DNA of 63,703 nucleotides, the filler included, from Octopus bimaculoides (taxonomy: Eukaryota): assembly GCF_001194135.2 (NCBI RefSeq). It is 5 parts of 4 records of this genome, joined end to end, with 100 filler letters (N's around TTAATTAATTAA, not from the genome) between each part and the next. Parts side by side here need not be neighbours in the genome. Positions count along the whole stretch, not along the records: positions 1 to 29,329 come from NC_068981.1; 4 more parts are not named here. The stretch is one strand, 5' to 3'. Both the position numbers and the translations under genes were made by a program. Of the stretch, positions 1 to 12,383 are shown piece after piece; positions within the stretch are counted from its first letter, which is position 1, and each line of letters begins with the position of its first letter. The notes below the pieces were generated by a model. The model searched no databases. It had not been told where the DNA came from and saw only the letters and a list, made by a program, of their open reading frames with translations.

Positions 1-57
<57 letters not shown>

Positions 58-172
58 GTACGTATGTATGAAGTGCGTACATTTATATTATATATAAACG
101 CAGAGAGACTACTGTGTATATAGTGTGTAAATATATTGGTTTCGATGTATATAGATAGACAGACAGACAGAT

Positions 173-213
<41 letters not shown>

Positions 214-214
214 C

Positions 215-250
<36 letters not shown>
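1..250. repeat. (TG)n and (GATA)n microsatellites
   Basis: (TG)n at 1-55; (GATA)n with GACA variants at about 148-250. Confidence 0.95.
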
Positions 251-359
251 GCTTTCGCTCAATGATACGGGCACGTCTCGTTCCACGTACGATTGCGCTA
301 ACCTCCATCTTAGGGGTCTGTCCTCTAATATAACTTCTCAACCATTGTTTGCTAATGGA

Positions 360-930
360 CTCCTTAGATGCCGTAAATACCTATATGAAGTATCAGAGAA
401 CTGGTATAAGCATGTACCAAGTAAAATTATTTAGGATGGAAAAGTAACAATACTCTAGGACTATGCTTTTCAGACGGATCATGTAATCGAACACCGTCGG
501 CCGGATATTGTTATATTGAAGAGAGACACATACTGTCAGATCATTGATGTAGCCATATTAAATGACCTGTATGTTGTGTGTAAGGAGGTTGAAAAAAATC
601 ACCAAGTACTCTGAATTGAAAGTGGAAATGGCAAGACCGTATGGAATGCGAGAGGGTAATGTAAAAGTGATACCAGTGGCGATTGGAGTGTTGTGGTCAA
701 TCCCATTGAAACTTCAAGACTTCTTAAAGCAACTGGAAATCTCATGCAAGATTGATGTCTTGCAAAAAGCAGTCTTACTGGGCACAGCGTACACCTTAAG
801 GAAAGTATTATCCGTCTGAGGTCCTTGTTGTAACTTGACAGATGACTAAACACTCCGGTTCATTTTTACCTACACTGTGTTACGAAGGAATATTAATAAT
901 AATAATAATAACAATAATAATAATAATGAT
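360..930 (+). mobile_element. R4/Dong-like non-LTR retrotransposon, 5'-truncated 3' end (restriction-like endonuclease domain) with (AAT)n tail
   Basis: Translation across stops and a frameshift gives WYKHVPSKII*DGKVTIL*DYAFQTDHVIEHRRPDIVILKRD..IIDVA..EK/ITKYSELKVEMAR..VKVIPVAIG..LQKAVLLGTAYTLRKVL*. This is the PD-(D/E)xK RLE pattern of R4/Dong elements. A short 3' UTR and (AAT)n follow. Confidence 0.85.
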
Positions 931-950
931 GATGATGATGATGATCATGA

Positions 951-1156
951 TTTCAAATGTTTGGCACGCTCAGTGTCAACAGGTTCAGGGGAATGGGTAA
1001 GTCGATTACATCGACTCCAATATACAACTAGTACTTATTTTATCGCCTCCAAAGAGGATTAAAGAGAAAGTCAACCTCGGTGGTATTTGAACTCAGATCG
1101 TCAAGGTGAACGAAATGCTGCTCAGTATTTCGCCTGGCGTCCTAACGATTCTGCCA
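951..1156 (-). mobile_element. tRNA-derived SINE, family A
   Basis: Minus strand has A-box-like TGGCAGAATCGTTAG and B-box GAGTTCAAATAC. The body matches copies at 29.7k, 32k and 57.1k. Confidence 0.8.
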
Positions 1157-1290
1157 ACGAAATCTTATAGGATTATTATTCTGAGTTTCATATTTCTGTC
1201 TTTGCAATGATTTTATAATTTATTATAATATGTTATTACGGAGATGTACTTGCATAGCATCTGACCTGATCTGAGATCTGTGCTGGAACG

Positions 1291-1432
1291 AAAACAATTG
1301 CAGTGTGGAAGGTGTTTATAAGCCATTTAAGAAACACACAAAAACCGTTAGATTTAAATGTTGAAGTGAATCTAACGGTTTTTGTGTGTTTCTTAAATGG
1401 CTTATAAATACATTCCACGCTGCAATTGTTTT
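1291..1432. repeat. Fold-back inverted repeat (64-nt arms, 14-nt loop)
   Basis: Arms 1291-1354 and 1369-1432 are reverse complements with 3 mismatches. Confidence 0.95.
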
Positions 1433-2055
1433 ATATGTTATTTAAGTATTAAATATCTCTAACAATTTAAAATATATTCTCGAGCAAATGGATAAATTAA
1501 GTCATCTGAGAGGATGGTGCATTTTGTGTAAGAACAGAAGGAAAAGTAGGAACTTGCGTGGCGAAAGTAAGAGGATAATATAGTAAAGAGATGTAAATTC
1601 AAGAGTGCAAAAGCAGACAAGATATAAATGAAATAATTGTAAATAAAAGCCAAGGTAAGTTTAGAGAATATGGTGAAGGAAGAGAAGTATTAAAAGGTAG
1701 CCACTCTGCTGAACTTTGATAACCGTAGATAGAATTATCTATGATAGCTTTACGAAAAATGTACATTTATTACGGAGGGGAGTGAAAGCTGATAATATAC
1801 TGCAAAGCAAGAAGCGTTGCGCTATCTTCATTTCTGCAATCTCCTTTAAGAAATATCATGTCAGTCACTAAATGGATAGAAAAAAGAAGGGAAGACAAAA
1901 TGGAGAATATTCCAGAGTTGAGAGGAAGTTAAAGTAATATAAGAAGAATAAAATTACAGAAAAGCAAATGTATAGTTAGGGTGAACAGAAACATCAATAT
2001 TGTGAAACTATTGGAAAAAGTAGTTATATAAATATATCAAATAAAGCGAAAATAT

Positions 2056-2445
2056 GTTGTTGTTGTTGGCACTCCGTCGCTTACGACGTCGAGGGTTCCA
2101 GTCGATCCGATCAACGTAACAGCCTGCTCATGTAATTAACGTGCAAGTGGCTTAGCACTCCACAGACACGTGTACCCTTAACGTAGTTCTCGGGGATATT
2201 CAGCGTGACACAGTGTGACAAGGCTAACCCTTTGAATTACAGGCACAACAGAAACAAGAAGAAAGAGTGAGAGAAAGTTGTGGTGGAAGAGTACAGCAGG
2301 GTTCGCCACCATCCCCTGCCGGAACCTCGTGGAGCTTTAGATGTTTTCGCTCAATAAACACTCACATCGCCCAGTCTGGGAATCGAAACCGTGTTCCTAT
2401 GACCGCGAGTTCGCTGCCCTAACCACTGGGCCATTGCGCCTCCAC
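2056..2445 (-). mobile_element. Full-length tRNA-derived SINE, family C, with (CAA)n tail and TSD
   Basis: Minus-strand head GTGGAGGCGCAATGGCCCAGTGGTTAGG...GGTTTCGATTCCC contains A and B boxes. The 3' end is a stem-loop plus (CAA)n. Direct repeat AAAGCGAAAA lies at 2043-2052 and 2446-2455. Confidence 0.9.
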
Positions 2446-4056
2446 AAAGCGAAAAGATATACCTGATTTAAAAGAGAAATTCGTAGTTTTTCCTAGTTAC
2501 GTGAAAAATTATAGAAGTATTTTCCCTCATCTGCGTAATACCTTTGAACAAAAGATGCGGGCTGAGAATGAAAACTTTTAACATTTATATTAAATAAACT
2601 CCATAAAATATGAACATTTCAATTCCATTGATAATGTTGCACAGCTTTTTGGTCAAATGACAAAAGGCTACTATTGTCATTTATTCTGTTGATGCAGAAG
2701 ATCAAATCCTTTAGCTTGCAAGGACAAGTGTTAAAAGAGCTGGTTCAATTCTCTGAACAGTTCGGCTGTTGGATCCGAATTTATCATTTCTTAAATCTAG
2801 TATGTGAATACCTTCCAATAGGTGGAAAGCTACAACAAATCTTCAGCAAGAACTTTCTGATAGTTAACAATCACTGTAATATTAGCATCAAAAATTATAT
2901 TTCCAACATCAACAGAAGAAAATATATTAGGAGTATTTCGCTACTACTAATTTTATTAGCTCCCCTAGATGTAGATAAAAAGAATTATGTTCATCACAGC
3001 AGGGTTTAAACGGAGACGCCTGAACATCGTCACATGTCAAATAGCTTCTAGAAACAGCGGCCAGTGGTCCGCAAAGACGATTGGCAACTATGTTTATAGA
3101 TGCCTGAGGCGCGCTTTATCATAGCATCGCCAGGAATTAAATCAGAATAACAAATGTTTGGCTTCATGTTTCATTTTCCGTCAGAAAATTGATGAAACTA
3201 AATCCAGGTCCTTCTAGAATGTTAGTATGGTCTCTCTAATGTTTCGACTAAGGCATTGTTTTCTGGCAAAACTTATTTTGACGAATCTGTCAATCTGTGT
3301 ACACCACCTTCATTACTAAGTGTTACGGGTTAATACCAAAATGTTGATCCATCGAGAGGCTTTTTATTTCTCCAGTTTTAGAGCTAAAGGTGAAAGCTGG
3401 AAAAGATGGATAATTATGATATCAATATATTTAAAGTTTTTTGAAAGTGTTTCAATATTTCTAAGTACGCAGTTCAAGAGTTCTACGAATGTACATTAAA
3501 AAAAAAAGAAGAAAACAACACAGAAACTGTTATTCGTTGAACAGCGTTTCTTTATTCGAAGTAAATTTATTACAACATAATTTTCATTGTCAAAATTACT
3601 ATAATAAAAAAACCGTATACAAAGTAAATTTTTTCACATCGTGATTACCTGTCTAAATATATTTTAAGATTTAATTATCAAGTATACAAAATGCATATAA
3701 GTGTAGATATAATAAATTGTGTGTTTCCTCAAAGATATTACGGTGATCCATCATTTCCCTTTAGAGCAGCAATTCATTGTTTTTGAAATTCACTCTGCAC
3801 TGCTTTCAAAATGTTTACATCCCCGTTCAACAGGCTGAAATTAGCGACAAAATGTGTCCCAGTTCATGTATTCGAAACTAAGTAGAGATATAATGAAAAT
3901 CTAGCCGTTACTTAAATATAGTATATTACCGCTAATATAACTGACACACGACTATTAATGAATTTCAACACTGGACGCAAAATGTACTCAAATAGTGCTA
4001 CAAACCATGACTTCACATCAACACTTCAAATTTTCTGTAACATGCGAATACATATA

Positions 4057-5336
4057 CATAGCCGTGCAGGAAGTAAATAGACACCTTTAATTTTCAAGAT
4101 CTTTTATTTAATACGCAACGCGCGAACAATTGAAATGTAATCGATAGGTAGGGCTACATACTTTAGTATTTAGTTGACATTCCCTTTGCAGTTTTTAATT
4201 CAGAAACTCTTTTTGGCATTGAACTGATGAACTTTGTGATTGTCTCTTGTGGAATTTCTGCCTACTTTTCACGCAACAATCGAAACAATTCATCTTTAGA
4301 TTTAGGTTTCTGTCGAGTTTTTCGTATAGCTCTATCTAGAATGCTCCAAAGAGTTTCAGTTGTGCTCATGTCAGGAGATTGGCTCGGCCAAGGAATCTTT
4401 TGGCTCCCATTTTCTGTCAGCCATTGTTGATTCCTTTTCGCTGTGTGGCATGGAGCACCATCTTCCATGAATACAAACTCATTTTTCGTTATGTTATCGT
4501 GTGAATATATCGGAAGTAGTCTTTGCTTAAGTATTTCGATGTATTTTTCAGAGTTTATGGTTCCAACACATCCGAGCAGCTCAGAACGACCATTGCTGTT
4601 GACAGCTCCCCATACCATTACAGAGATACCGCCATGTTTCACAGTTGGTTAGAGTCGTTTCAGATCAAATTCTTGATTGGGAAGCCTCCAGCATCAAACA
4701 CGTCCACTGTCTGAAAATAATGCAAATCTGGATTCATCTGAGAAAATCACTCTATTACAAAATGAACTGGATTTTCCTGACATCTCCTTAGCTCATTTCT
4801 GTCTTTTCATGACATTAATTGGTTGAAGGAGATGTTTTCTTCTAGCTGCTCGTCCATAATACCCAAACTTATGCAAATATGTAACACACGTTCTTGAACT
4901 AACTTCTAGCTGTTTTGCAATGTCAGAAGCCTTCGAACGGGGTTCGTTTTCCACAATTCTCTTCAAACAGCGAAGCTTCCTTTCCGAGAGCCCAGGTCGG
5001 CCGAACAAGAATCTGTTGATTCTTTTCCTTGGCTTTTGCATTGCACTATAATTCTATTAACAGTAGCAAGAGGAATTTGAAGATTTTCAACAATTTTTCG
5101 CTGACTAAGACCAGCCTCAGATTGCCCAACAATACGACCGCTTGGAAAATCTGACAGTTCTGCTGAATTTTTTGTGCGTGGCATGGTTACTCTTCGCAAA
5201 TGTTTAATATAATGGCACCTGGAATGAAAAAGAATAATTAAATTGTAAATTCTACACCGCTGAAAAACATATTTAAGACGCTTAGATCAGAAAGTTTGAA
5301 AATTAACGGTGTCTATTTACTTCTTGCATGTCTGTG
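4057..5336 (-). mobile_element. Tc1-family DNA transposon, complete boundaries (about 41-bp imperfect TIRs, TA TSD)
   Basis: Left TIR CATAGCCGTGCAGGAAGTAAATAGACACCTTTAATTTTCAA matches the reverse complement of the right end, CACAGACATGCAAGAAGTAAATAGACACCGTTAATTTTCAA. TA flanks at 4055-56 and 5337-38. Confidence 0.92.
4163..5184 (-). pseudogene. Tc1 transposase pseudogene (DD34E)
   Basis: MPRTK..ELSDF..GRIVG HTH, GRP motif, FSDES, VKHGGISVMVWGA, EDGAPCH and WPSQSPDMSTTE (34 residues from D to E). Frameshifts and in-frame stops are present. Confidence 0.9.
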
Positions 5337-5342
5337 TATATA

Positions 5343-5570
5343 TTGGGTTTTTCGGAAAGTTTACGCCGATATATAGCAGCTTACCTTTCGACTTATTTGA
5401 CATGAAACCACCTCAATTTTGGGAAGAGAGTAGTTTCAAGTTAAAGGAAAGATGGAGACGCATTGTGCAACAAAATGGTTCATATTTGGTTGATTAAAAA
5501 TGAAATGGCAAGTATTTATTGACCTTTTTCTTTCCTTTAAAAATCGGCACGAACTTCCCGGACAAACCAA
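5343..5570 (+). mobile_element. Mariner-derived non-autonomous deletion element (228 bp)
   Basis: TIRs TTGGGTTTTTCGGAAAGTTTACGCCGAT and the reverse complement of ATCGGCACGAACTTCCCGGACAAACCAA, with TA flanks. It retains the mariner C-terminus KLKERWRRIVQQNGSYLVD*. Confidence 0.85.
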
Positions 5571-6269
5571 TAGTACATTAAACATTGTAAAGTAAGTAGT
5601 CATAATCAAATAAGATTATCAACAGTGCAATCAACTTCAATGGGGAGTTAATTTCAGTGAAATTTTACAATGCTATAGTACACCTCGATTTATTAATTAC
5701 TTATATGAACCACAGTAGTAAATTGCTTAACAAGTTAGTTAATTTACTATTACGGAGTAGTATCTCTCTGATTCACTCTTCGAAGATTGCCCGTTTAAAA
5801 AAATATGCAACGAAATATTTAAAAATTTCTGTGTAAATTTTACTATTTGTCATAATACTTATAATAGTTATCGGCATAATGTTTTTAAACTATAGACAAA
5901 TTGCGGTTTGTAGCCTCTATATATTTTAAGTAAAATCGGCAGTAGCAAGAATCCTACATTTAAAATAATACCATTTGTAAATAGTAATTTACGACTTGTA
6001 GCCCATTCAATCGAAAACTAACTGATTCCCAATAATTTATTATCATTGCCAAATATGAATATGTATGTATTCCTTCCTTTATTCTACCTTTCTGTGTCTA
6101 CATACGCATCTATATACTGTAGTGCGAATATTTAGCTCTTTGGCTTTGCATTTGTTTCTTGATATAGATGTATGATATTTTTTGCGAATATACGTGAGAA
6201 CGTGTTGTTATGTGAAGTAGATGTATCCATATATGTGCATTCATACCTACATACGAATGCATATAAACA

Positions 6270-6572
6270 AGATATTATTCAGAACCATGCGCAGTAATAC
6301 CATCCCACATTAAACAAACGCACACATATTCAACTATAATTGTATATGCGTGTGTATGCATGTGTGTATTCATGTGTCCATGTCTTCGTATACATGTACA
6401 TACACGCTCACACATACACATATATGTACACAAATATGGGTGTCTCCATATGTTCATACGTAAATCATACATATGTATAAATCTGCAAAATAAAAATGTA
6501 TGTATATATAATTATATATATATATATATGTACATACGTAATGTATGAATACATATATACATACATACATAC

Positions 6573-6653
<81 letters not shown>

Positions 6654-7423
6654 TATGTATATATATTAATGTATTTTGTATACACACACATATACACATA
6701 CTCACTCGCACACAGACACACACACATACACACGCACGCACATACATACATGTGCTTTTAAAGTCCAGACATTACAAACTTTCTGCTGTAATAATTAGCC
6801 CACTTTGGTGGAAACAAGTTTTTTCCAATCGTTTATGAGTATTTTACTGTATATTTTAAAAGATAATGTAAAAAATTTAACAGTATTTTATATCAGAAAT
6901 CAGTGACCGTGTTGATAAATTTTAAAACTTTATTTCTATAATCACACAAGCATGAATATCTATATACGTGTTTTGGAGAAGTTTTCTTCACTCATATGCA
7001 TGTGTAGACGTTAGAGACAAAGAGAGGGAAATGTATTCCTAAAGAGAGCCACTAGATTTTTATACAATGTAAGAAAGTGTTTGATAGATAAAGCGATATG
7101 CAGAAAATTTGATAGAGAAAAAAAAACTTAATACTTTATACGAAAGACGTATATCATTACTCACGGAAACATATGTACGGACATATGTATATATATGAAT
7201 GAATATATATGTATGTTTGTATGCATGTACATATGTATAAATGTGTGTGCATGTATGTATGTTTGTATACATGTATGTATATACGTCTGCGTGTAGACTT
7301 ATAACTATACGTGTGTGAATATCTATGTAATATACATATATATATATATATATATATAGTGCGTGTGTGTAGACTTATAACCATACGTGTGTGAATATCT
7401 ATTGAATATACATNNNNNNNNNN

Positions 7424-7454
<31 letters not shown>

Positions 7455-7620
7455 TCCATAGACATACATCTGTATAAACATATGCCCCCACACACACACT
7501 CACGCACAGTCAAACATACACACACACTCACACACGCGTAAACATATACACATGCAATACATACACTATATATACATACATGAATACATAAAATACATAA
7601 ATACACACGAACATACATTA
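6270..7620. repeat. Compound (TA)n/(CA)n/(TG)n microsatellite-rich tracts
   Basis: Long (TA)n at about 6570-6650 and degenerate dinucleotide arrays on both sides. Confidence 0.85.
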
Positions 7621-7911
7621 TTGAGAATATACTGTATATTGATATGAACCTTAGTATGTTAGTATATACATAGACTGCGAATTCTGTTAGCCAAACCTCA
7701 AGGAAATACTATAATGTGCAGCACATGGTTTTCATATATCATATATATATTATAACGATATTTTCGGGGTGGGAAATATGAAAACATAATTCACATTTTA
7801 TGTTGTAATCCAATATGTCACAGAAACTTAATTTTTTAAAACATAACAGTATGTACGTATATATAAATAAATATGTCTGCGTGTGCATGTGTGTGTATAC
7901 GAATATACATA

Positions 7912-7948
<37 letters not shown>

Positions 7949-8260
7949 ATGTGTGTGTGTGTGTGTGTNNNNNNNNNNNNNNNNNNNNNNNNNNNNNNNN
8001 NNNNNNNNNNNNNNNNNNNNNNNNNNNNNNNNNNNNNNNNNNNNNNNNNNNNNNNNNNNNNNNNNNNNNNNNNNNNNNNNNNNNNNNNNNNNNNNNNNNN
8101 NNNNNNNNNNNNNNNNNNNNNNNNNNNNNNNNNNNNNNNNNNNNNNNNNNNNNNNNNNNNNNNNNNNNNNNNNNNNNNNNNNNNNNNNNNNNNNNNNNNN
8201 NNNNNNNNNNNNNNNNNNNNNNNNNNNNNNNNNNNNNNNNNNNNNNNNNNNNNNNNNNNN

Positions 8261-8308
<48 letters not shown>

Positions 8309-8859
8309 ATTGAAATACTCTTCTAGAATGAACTAACAGCAAAGGTATATTATATGTCCGACTGTTTACACTGTTATCATCGTTCGATATTCAGTGACTT
8401 ACATTCTTACAACATCTACACGTTTCAGGATGATATGTCTGTAAAACTGAGTAGAAAGATCAAAAGAAACATTATATAACTTTTATCTGTCTGTTCCCAG
8501 AAACTTATCCCTATGTCTGAAGTCTTAATCCTCCTTGAGCTTTTCACCAGATTTCATTGAAACAACATTACAGATCAAGATTTACTTTCTTTTCGTCTTC
8601 TTGTTGATAGATATACTTATATGCCATTATTTATAGGTCCAAATGTGCTTCGAGATCCAATGTTCGAAAGAAGAATTATTTCATGTTCTCTCAAAAGTTT
8701 ACAAGCCTACATGACATCAACAGCATACAATTCTCGCCGATAAGGCTAAAGCTTGGAAAATCAACAGAGGAAGCCGAACGATTACTTTGGTCGAATGAAA
8801 GAACGTCTGACATGTCTGCACGAGAATAGAACATAAGCAATATATATATATATATATAT

Positions 8860-9348
8860 GCATGACAGCATGATAGAGGTAAATAGACGCTCGATAAAGT
8901 ATCGTTGTATTTTTATTTTAAATGAAAAAGGTATATTTTTTATCATTTGGCATTTTATGTTTCAGGTTGTATATGTGACTGTTGATATTTTCCTGATAAA
9001 CATATCTTAACCTTTATGCAAAAGAAGCCTTGGAACTGTCCGAATTTCTAAGAGGCCGTATTGGAAGTCAATCTGAAGGTGGATATAGTCAGCATAAAAT
9101 CTTTGAAAACGTTGAGACCCTGCTTCCTACAGTTACACCGACCAGGGCCCTCTGACAAGACTCTTCTCTTCGTTCAGAGAAGCGTGGAGGATAATCCTCG
9201 CTGCAAGGCCTCTGAAATAGCAGAACGAATTGATATCAGTCCCAGAACAGCTATCAGATATATCCACAAACTTGGTTACTATGGCAGAACAGCAATAAGG
9301 AAGTCACTTCTTCGACCTGCCAATATCAAGATGAGAAAAGATTGAGAC
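8860..9348 (+). mobile_element. Tc1 5' fragment related to the 4057-5336 element
   Basis: Degenerate TIR (AGGTAAATAGACGC), then ELSEFLRGRI..SQSEGG..RPGPSDKTL..VEDNPRCKASEIA..ISPRTAIRYIHKLGYYGRTAIRKSLLRP, homologous to the first Tc1 N-terminus. It ends at the RTE junction. Confidence 0.8.
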
Positions 9349-9354
9349 AATAAG

Positions 9355-11580
9355 ATAGACAATGAGTAGAGGCTCCGCGTCTTACTGTTGTAAAGTGGCG
9401 TACTAAGGACGTACGCCTTTTAGACAGCAAGCTTGGTGTTTGTGGTCAATTTTCTGTTTTCATAGACTCTCTTTGTGATCCTGGCAAATGTGGAGTATGC
9501 TAGTTCAATTCGCCTGCTAATCTCAAGGTCCAGGAAGAGGGCCTCAGCGATAGTAAAGCCGAGGAAGGTGAATTCATGGATTACCTCCAGCTTGATCTTT
9601 ACTGATGGTGATGATGGGGAGTTCTTTGGAACCTTGGCCCAGTACTTTGATCTTCTCCAGACTGGTGGTCAGGTTGAATTCCTGACAGGCCTTTAAAGTT
9701 TGTCCACGAGCTACTGTAATTGCTCCTCAGAGTTCACTATCAGTGCTGTTTCGTCCTTGAACAACATTTCTCTAACGATTACCTGTCGCACCCTGGATTT
9801 TGCTTTCAGCATCGACAAACTAAACAATTTACCTTCTAATCTGGTGTGAAGGTAAACAGCATCAGTTGATGTCCCAAATTCATGTTTCAGCATGATGACA
9901 AAGCAGATGCCAAACAGGGTGGGGGCTAGCACACAGCCCTGCTTCACGCCGCTACGTAGAGCCGTCAAATTGAAGAAGAGCCATCATATTGAACGATGCC
10001 TTTCATATCCGTGTGAAATGATAGGACAATCCTGAGGAGTCTTGGAGGACAGTCAATCCTGACAAGAATTTTGAAGAGGCCATCTCGAGTGACTAGATCA
10101 AAAGCCTTTGCGAGGTCGATGAAGATGATAAAGAGAGGTTGCCTTTGCTCTCAGCACCTCTCCTGTAGCTGCCTAAGAGAGAAGATTATGTCGCTGGTGG
10201 AACGTTCTGATCTGACTTTCGGGCTATACACGCTCAGCGATTTTCTGTAGTCTGTTTAGGACCATGCGAACAAAGACCTTCCTGATGCTGCTTAACTGCG
10301 AAATGCCTCGATAATTATTATAGTCGCTTTTGTCCCCTTTATTCTTATATCGGGTGGCAATTTTGCAGTCACGCGGGACTGCTCCCTCCTCCCAACACTA
10401 ACAACTATGTTAGTCTTGGGAGGAGGGAGCATCAGATGAGCAAGCTTCAGCAAGAGGCTTGCTTATCTGATGATCTCTGGTGAGGTACCGTCTAAACCCG
10501 GTGCTTCTTCTCTTGGGCAAACCATCAATGCTTCTGCTCAGTTCTTCAGCATTTGGCAGTGTGTCCAGCTCCTCTATGACGAGTAGGTATTCTACGGCGT
10601 ATAGCACACTGTCCGAGATGTTGTTTTCCTTGGCGTAGAGGCCGGAATAATATTCCACCCATCTCTCCAGCTGCGCTTTTTTGCCCTTGATAACTCCTCC
10701 AGTTCTGGATTTGAGTGGAGCTATCTTGCTCTGAGTTGGGTCGATGACTTTCTTAATAGCCTCATACATTCTGCGAATGTTGCCCGTGTCGAACAACAGT
10801 TGGATATCTACATATAATTGTAACCAGTAGTGATTTGCACAACGTCTCACTGTCTTCTGCATGGTGGATTGGTGCTTGTGTTTCATGGGGGTATAGAGCT
10901 CTTTCACACTCATCTCAAATCAGTCTTGTGTCATTTACCTTCTCCTCCCAAAGGCCCTCAATGCAATGCTATTGATGATGTCCCTGAAAGAGTCCCGTTT
11001 CAGCTGAACATTGCTTTCTGTTGGGTCTGCAAGGATTACGTCTTCGAGTGTCTTGAGGAATGCATCTGTCTTAGTTGACAACTGGATTGCAGTAGCATTG
11101 ATGCGCTGATTGCCTGGGGGCTTGGTACAGTGCACCCGTTTTGGTTGGAGTTTGAGATTGCAGCAAACCGGGAAGTGCTCTGTGTCACAGTCAGCACTCT
11201 GAAAAGACTGTGTCTTGTGATGATCAGATTTACGTGGAGGGCAGTGTCTTGAACGAGAGTGACGCCAGGAAACCCTATATTGAGCTTTGGCCTGGAAGTA
11301 GGTGTTGGAGACATATATTCCATGGAGCATTCAGAGCTCAAGCAGCCGTTGCCCATTTTCATTCTTGTTGCCAACCTTATACCAATCCAAACACCCTGGC
11401 CAGGAGTCATGATCAGCACCCACTCTGGCGTTGAAGTCGCCAAGGAGCACCAGCTGTTTTTTCATTTGGGATCGCCTGTATTTTCCTACAGAGTTGATCG
11501 TAAAGCTTATTCTTGGCATTTTGTGGGGAATAGTGGTTTGGAGCGTAAGCACCGTACATGTTGTTTAGGTTCGTCATGAT
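9355..11580 (-). mobile_element. RTE/Bov-B-like LINE, degraded; truncated at both ends
   Basis: APE motifs VLLGDFNARVG and NENGQRLLEL; RT motifs IIFVDLAKAFDLV and GVKQGCVLAPTLF; downstream ISRRIELA..FARITKRVYENRKLT..TKL. Many stops and frameshifts. Confidence 0.92.
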
Positions 11581-12034
11581 CAGTGCATTATCTCACTTGT
11601 TTGATACGTGCTTAAAATTTAGCCTGAAGACGGTGGACTATATGTTATGATATTTATAATTAGATCAATGAAATTCTACTGTAAAATTTAAACTACATTT
11701 CTGTTCTTTTATTTTATCTATCTATATGTCTATCTATTTATCAATCTAGTTACCTACATGCGCGAGCGTACATAGTGGGTGTACATGTGTGTGTGTGCAT
11801 GTGTAATATGTAGATGTTCCTGTATGTGAACGTGAGTGGACTCAGGAACGGCTGTTAACGAACCTGTCCACGACGCTACTTGTATACTGACCGACTGAAG
11901 CTTTATGAGTAATGGTGGGTCAAAAGGAAATTATAAAAGACTATCGGTTGGATTATACCTGTATCTCAAAGGGCCAGTGTTTTCACGGATCTGAGACCTA
12001 GATTTTACATTCGAAACACTTATGATTTTATACA

Positions 12035-12383
12035 ACTGAAGAAGAGATACAGGCATTTGTTGAAGGCCAGCATGAAAATATGTATCATCAACTTCAATAA
12101 GAAAATGCAAATGACCGAAACCTCTGGAGATGCATCATCTGTGAAGTAACAACCACAAATGAGACAATCAAATGTGAAGGATTGGAAGAAAAGTAAAGGA
12201 GAAATGAGACGCAACTCCAACTGAGACCAGATCTCTGCCAAGGAACAACTTGCCCAACTTCAAGAAGAACCTTCAATGCTCGAATTTGACTAATAGTCAA
12301 CTTCGAGTGCACCAACAACACAAGATGGAGTTGAACGAGGATTATCATCCTCTTTAAAAAGAGGGATAACCACGACGACGGTG
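12035..12383 (+). mobile_element. 5'-truncated RTE/Bov-B-like LINE 3' end with 17-bp TSD
   Basis: DRNLWR..; TCPTSRRTFNARI* (decayed C-terminal CxxC..RIGL motif); 3' hairpin plus ACGACGACG tail. ACTTATGATTTTATACA occurs at 12018-12034 and 12384-12400. Confidence 0.85.

Noticed and set aside
2370-2445. tRNA-like sequences here and at 23604, 28571 and 50320
   Set aside because: They have A and B boxes but no complete cloverleaf, and they continue into SINE bodies.
2674-3009. 111-aa ORF, possibly an old hAT remnant
   Set aside because: No diagnostic motif could be confirmed.
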